A stretch of 64,000 bases of DNA. Source: Pseudovirgaria hyperparasitica. Its lineage: Eukaryota. The notes below the pieces were generated by a model. That model did no database searches. It worked only from the letters and a program-made list of their open reading frames with translations, and had not been told where the DNA came from. The number at the start of each line of letters is the position of its first letter. Position 1 is the stretch's first letter. Made by a program: the position numbers and the translations under genes. Below are positions 63,264-64,000 of the stretch, piece after piece. Location of the stretch: NCBI GenBank assembly GCA_010093815.1, contig ML996565.1; one strand, given 5' to 3'.

Positions 63264-64000
63264 CTAACCAGAGAAGCGGAATCTTGTAGCTTCAAGCCTT
63301 CCGAGCCCTTCGCGGGGAGCGACATTGCGCCGTCGATACGAGTTTGTGAAGTCTTGCAGGAGCGACCGGACTTTGTTCATCTCGTTAGACTGAACTCGAT
63401 TATTGATGTTTGTCAAAAGCCTATGCTTCTCTTGTTCTGTCATAGAACCTTCTGGTAAGCTCGCGACTGTGTTTTGAAGCCAAAGTGCAACCTGCTGGGG
63501 TACGAGTTCGAAGAGCTGGAGAAGTACGCCTGACGCATCGGGGATGCAGTCACGTGGGAAACTATACATCATTCCAGTCATAACGCGCTGTACTAGTTGC
63601 TCGCCCTGGTTGTCTAGGAGTTGTCTGACCCGTGCCCGGATCTCGGTTGGGTTCGTACGACGTTCCTGGTCAAAACTAGATGAGGGCGACATTTCACCAG
63701 CATGACTCAAGAGATCGCGAACGAAGTGTATGGTAGCAATAAGTGGCTCCTCCTTCAAAAGAGAGAGAGCGGAACAGGCCGCAGATACGATTGACCCCAT
63801 TAATGTGGAGAGAACGGTTTGTTGGGGATAGAATCGGACGACATCGGACGACAGCCGGAAGAAGTCTTCTATCAAGTCAGGCAGTTCCTCTGGGGGAACT
63901 TCGCTGAGAGCCCTCAGAAAGTTGGTGGCCTGTTGTTCATAGAATTGATAGACAGCGGCAACTGTATGCGGTTGGACAAATTCCTGCCCTTCGGAGAACT
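63264..64000 (-). CDS. MTR10: Karyopherin Mtr10/transportin-SR, C-terminal part (runs off the window edge)
   Basis: Frame is open to the window end (EFSEGQEFV..FYEQQAT.FLRAL..ELPDLIEDFFRL). C-terminus GMMYSFPRDCIPDASGVLL..LQDFTNSYRRRNVAPREGLGRLEATRFRFSG matches filamentous-fungal Mtr10. Confidence 0.88.
   Translation of the reverse strand, partial: FSEGQEFVQPHTVAAVYQFYEQQATNFLRALSEVPPEELPDLIEDFFRLSSDVVRFYPQQTVLSTLMGSIVSAACSALSLLKEEPLIATIHFVRDLLSHAGEMSPSSSFDQERRTNPTEIRARVRQLLDNQGEQLVQRVMTGMMYSFPRDCIPDASGVLLQLFELVPQQVALWLQNTVASLPEGSMTEQEKHRLLTNINNRVQSNEMNKVRSLLQDFTNSYRRRNVAPREGLGRLEATRFRFSG

Noticed and set aside
1..64000. tRNA, rRNA, snRNA, CRISPR arrays, Starship captain, secondary-metabolite cluster
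   Set aside because: No diagnostic motifs seen by eye; covariance-model and HMM searches would be needed to exclude divergent cases.

Overview
Gene-dense eukaryotic DNA from a filamentous ascomycete (Pezizomycotina). This is inferred from short GT-AG introns with CTRAC branch points, Zn2Cys6 factors and repeat-induced point mutation (RIP); the species cannot be determined from the window. About 22 protein-coding loci can be modelled. Conserved genes: R3H-associated protein, Rrn11-like Pol I factor, RING-H2 E3, lactate-monooxygenase-like FMN enzyme, ABCA transporter, thymidylate synthase, HAUS3/augmin-like subunit, Fhit/Hnt2, myosin light chain, STEEP1-like protein, CHIP U-box E3, Gvp36 BAR protein, two Zn2Cys6 factors and the 3' end of Mtr10. 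An accessory-looking block (~7.6-26.3 kb) holds a 5'-truncated, RIP-destroyed Tad-like LINE with an intact target-site duplication and tail, a Cys-rich unknown protein, a sedolisin protease, a TALE-homeobox/C2H2 factor and a lectin-like membrane protein. The most notable sequence-level observations are: (i) RIP survivors in the LINE fall mostly in CAYG context; (ii) three MCB-like GACGCG boxes at exact 10-bp spacing sit in the 210-bp bidirectional promoter of thymidylate synthase and the augmin-like gene; (iii) the CHIP gene has a long, structured, snoRNA-like intron; (iv) there are two GC-AG introns; (v) microsatellite-rich gene deserts surround the paired C6 factors and contain a candidate de novo ORF. 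No tRNA, rRNA or CRISPR was found, and no wholly new multi-gene system can be firmly supported from the sequence alone.
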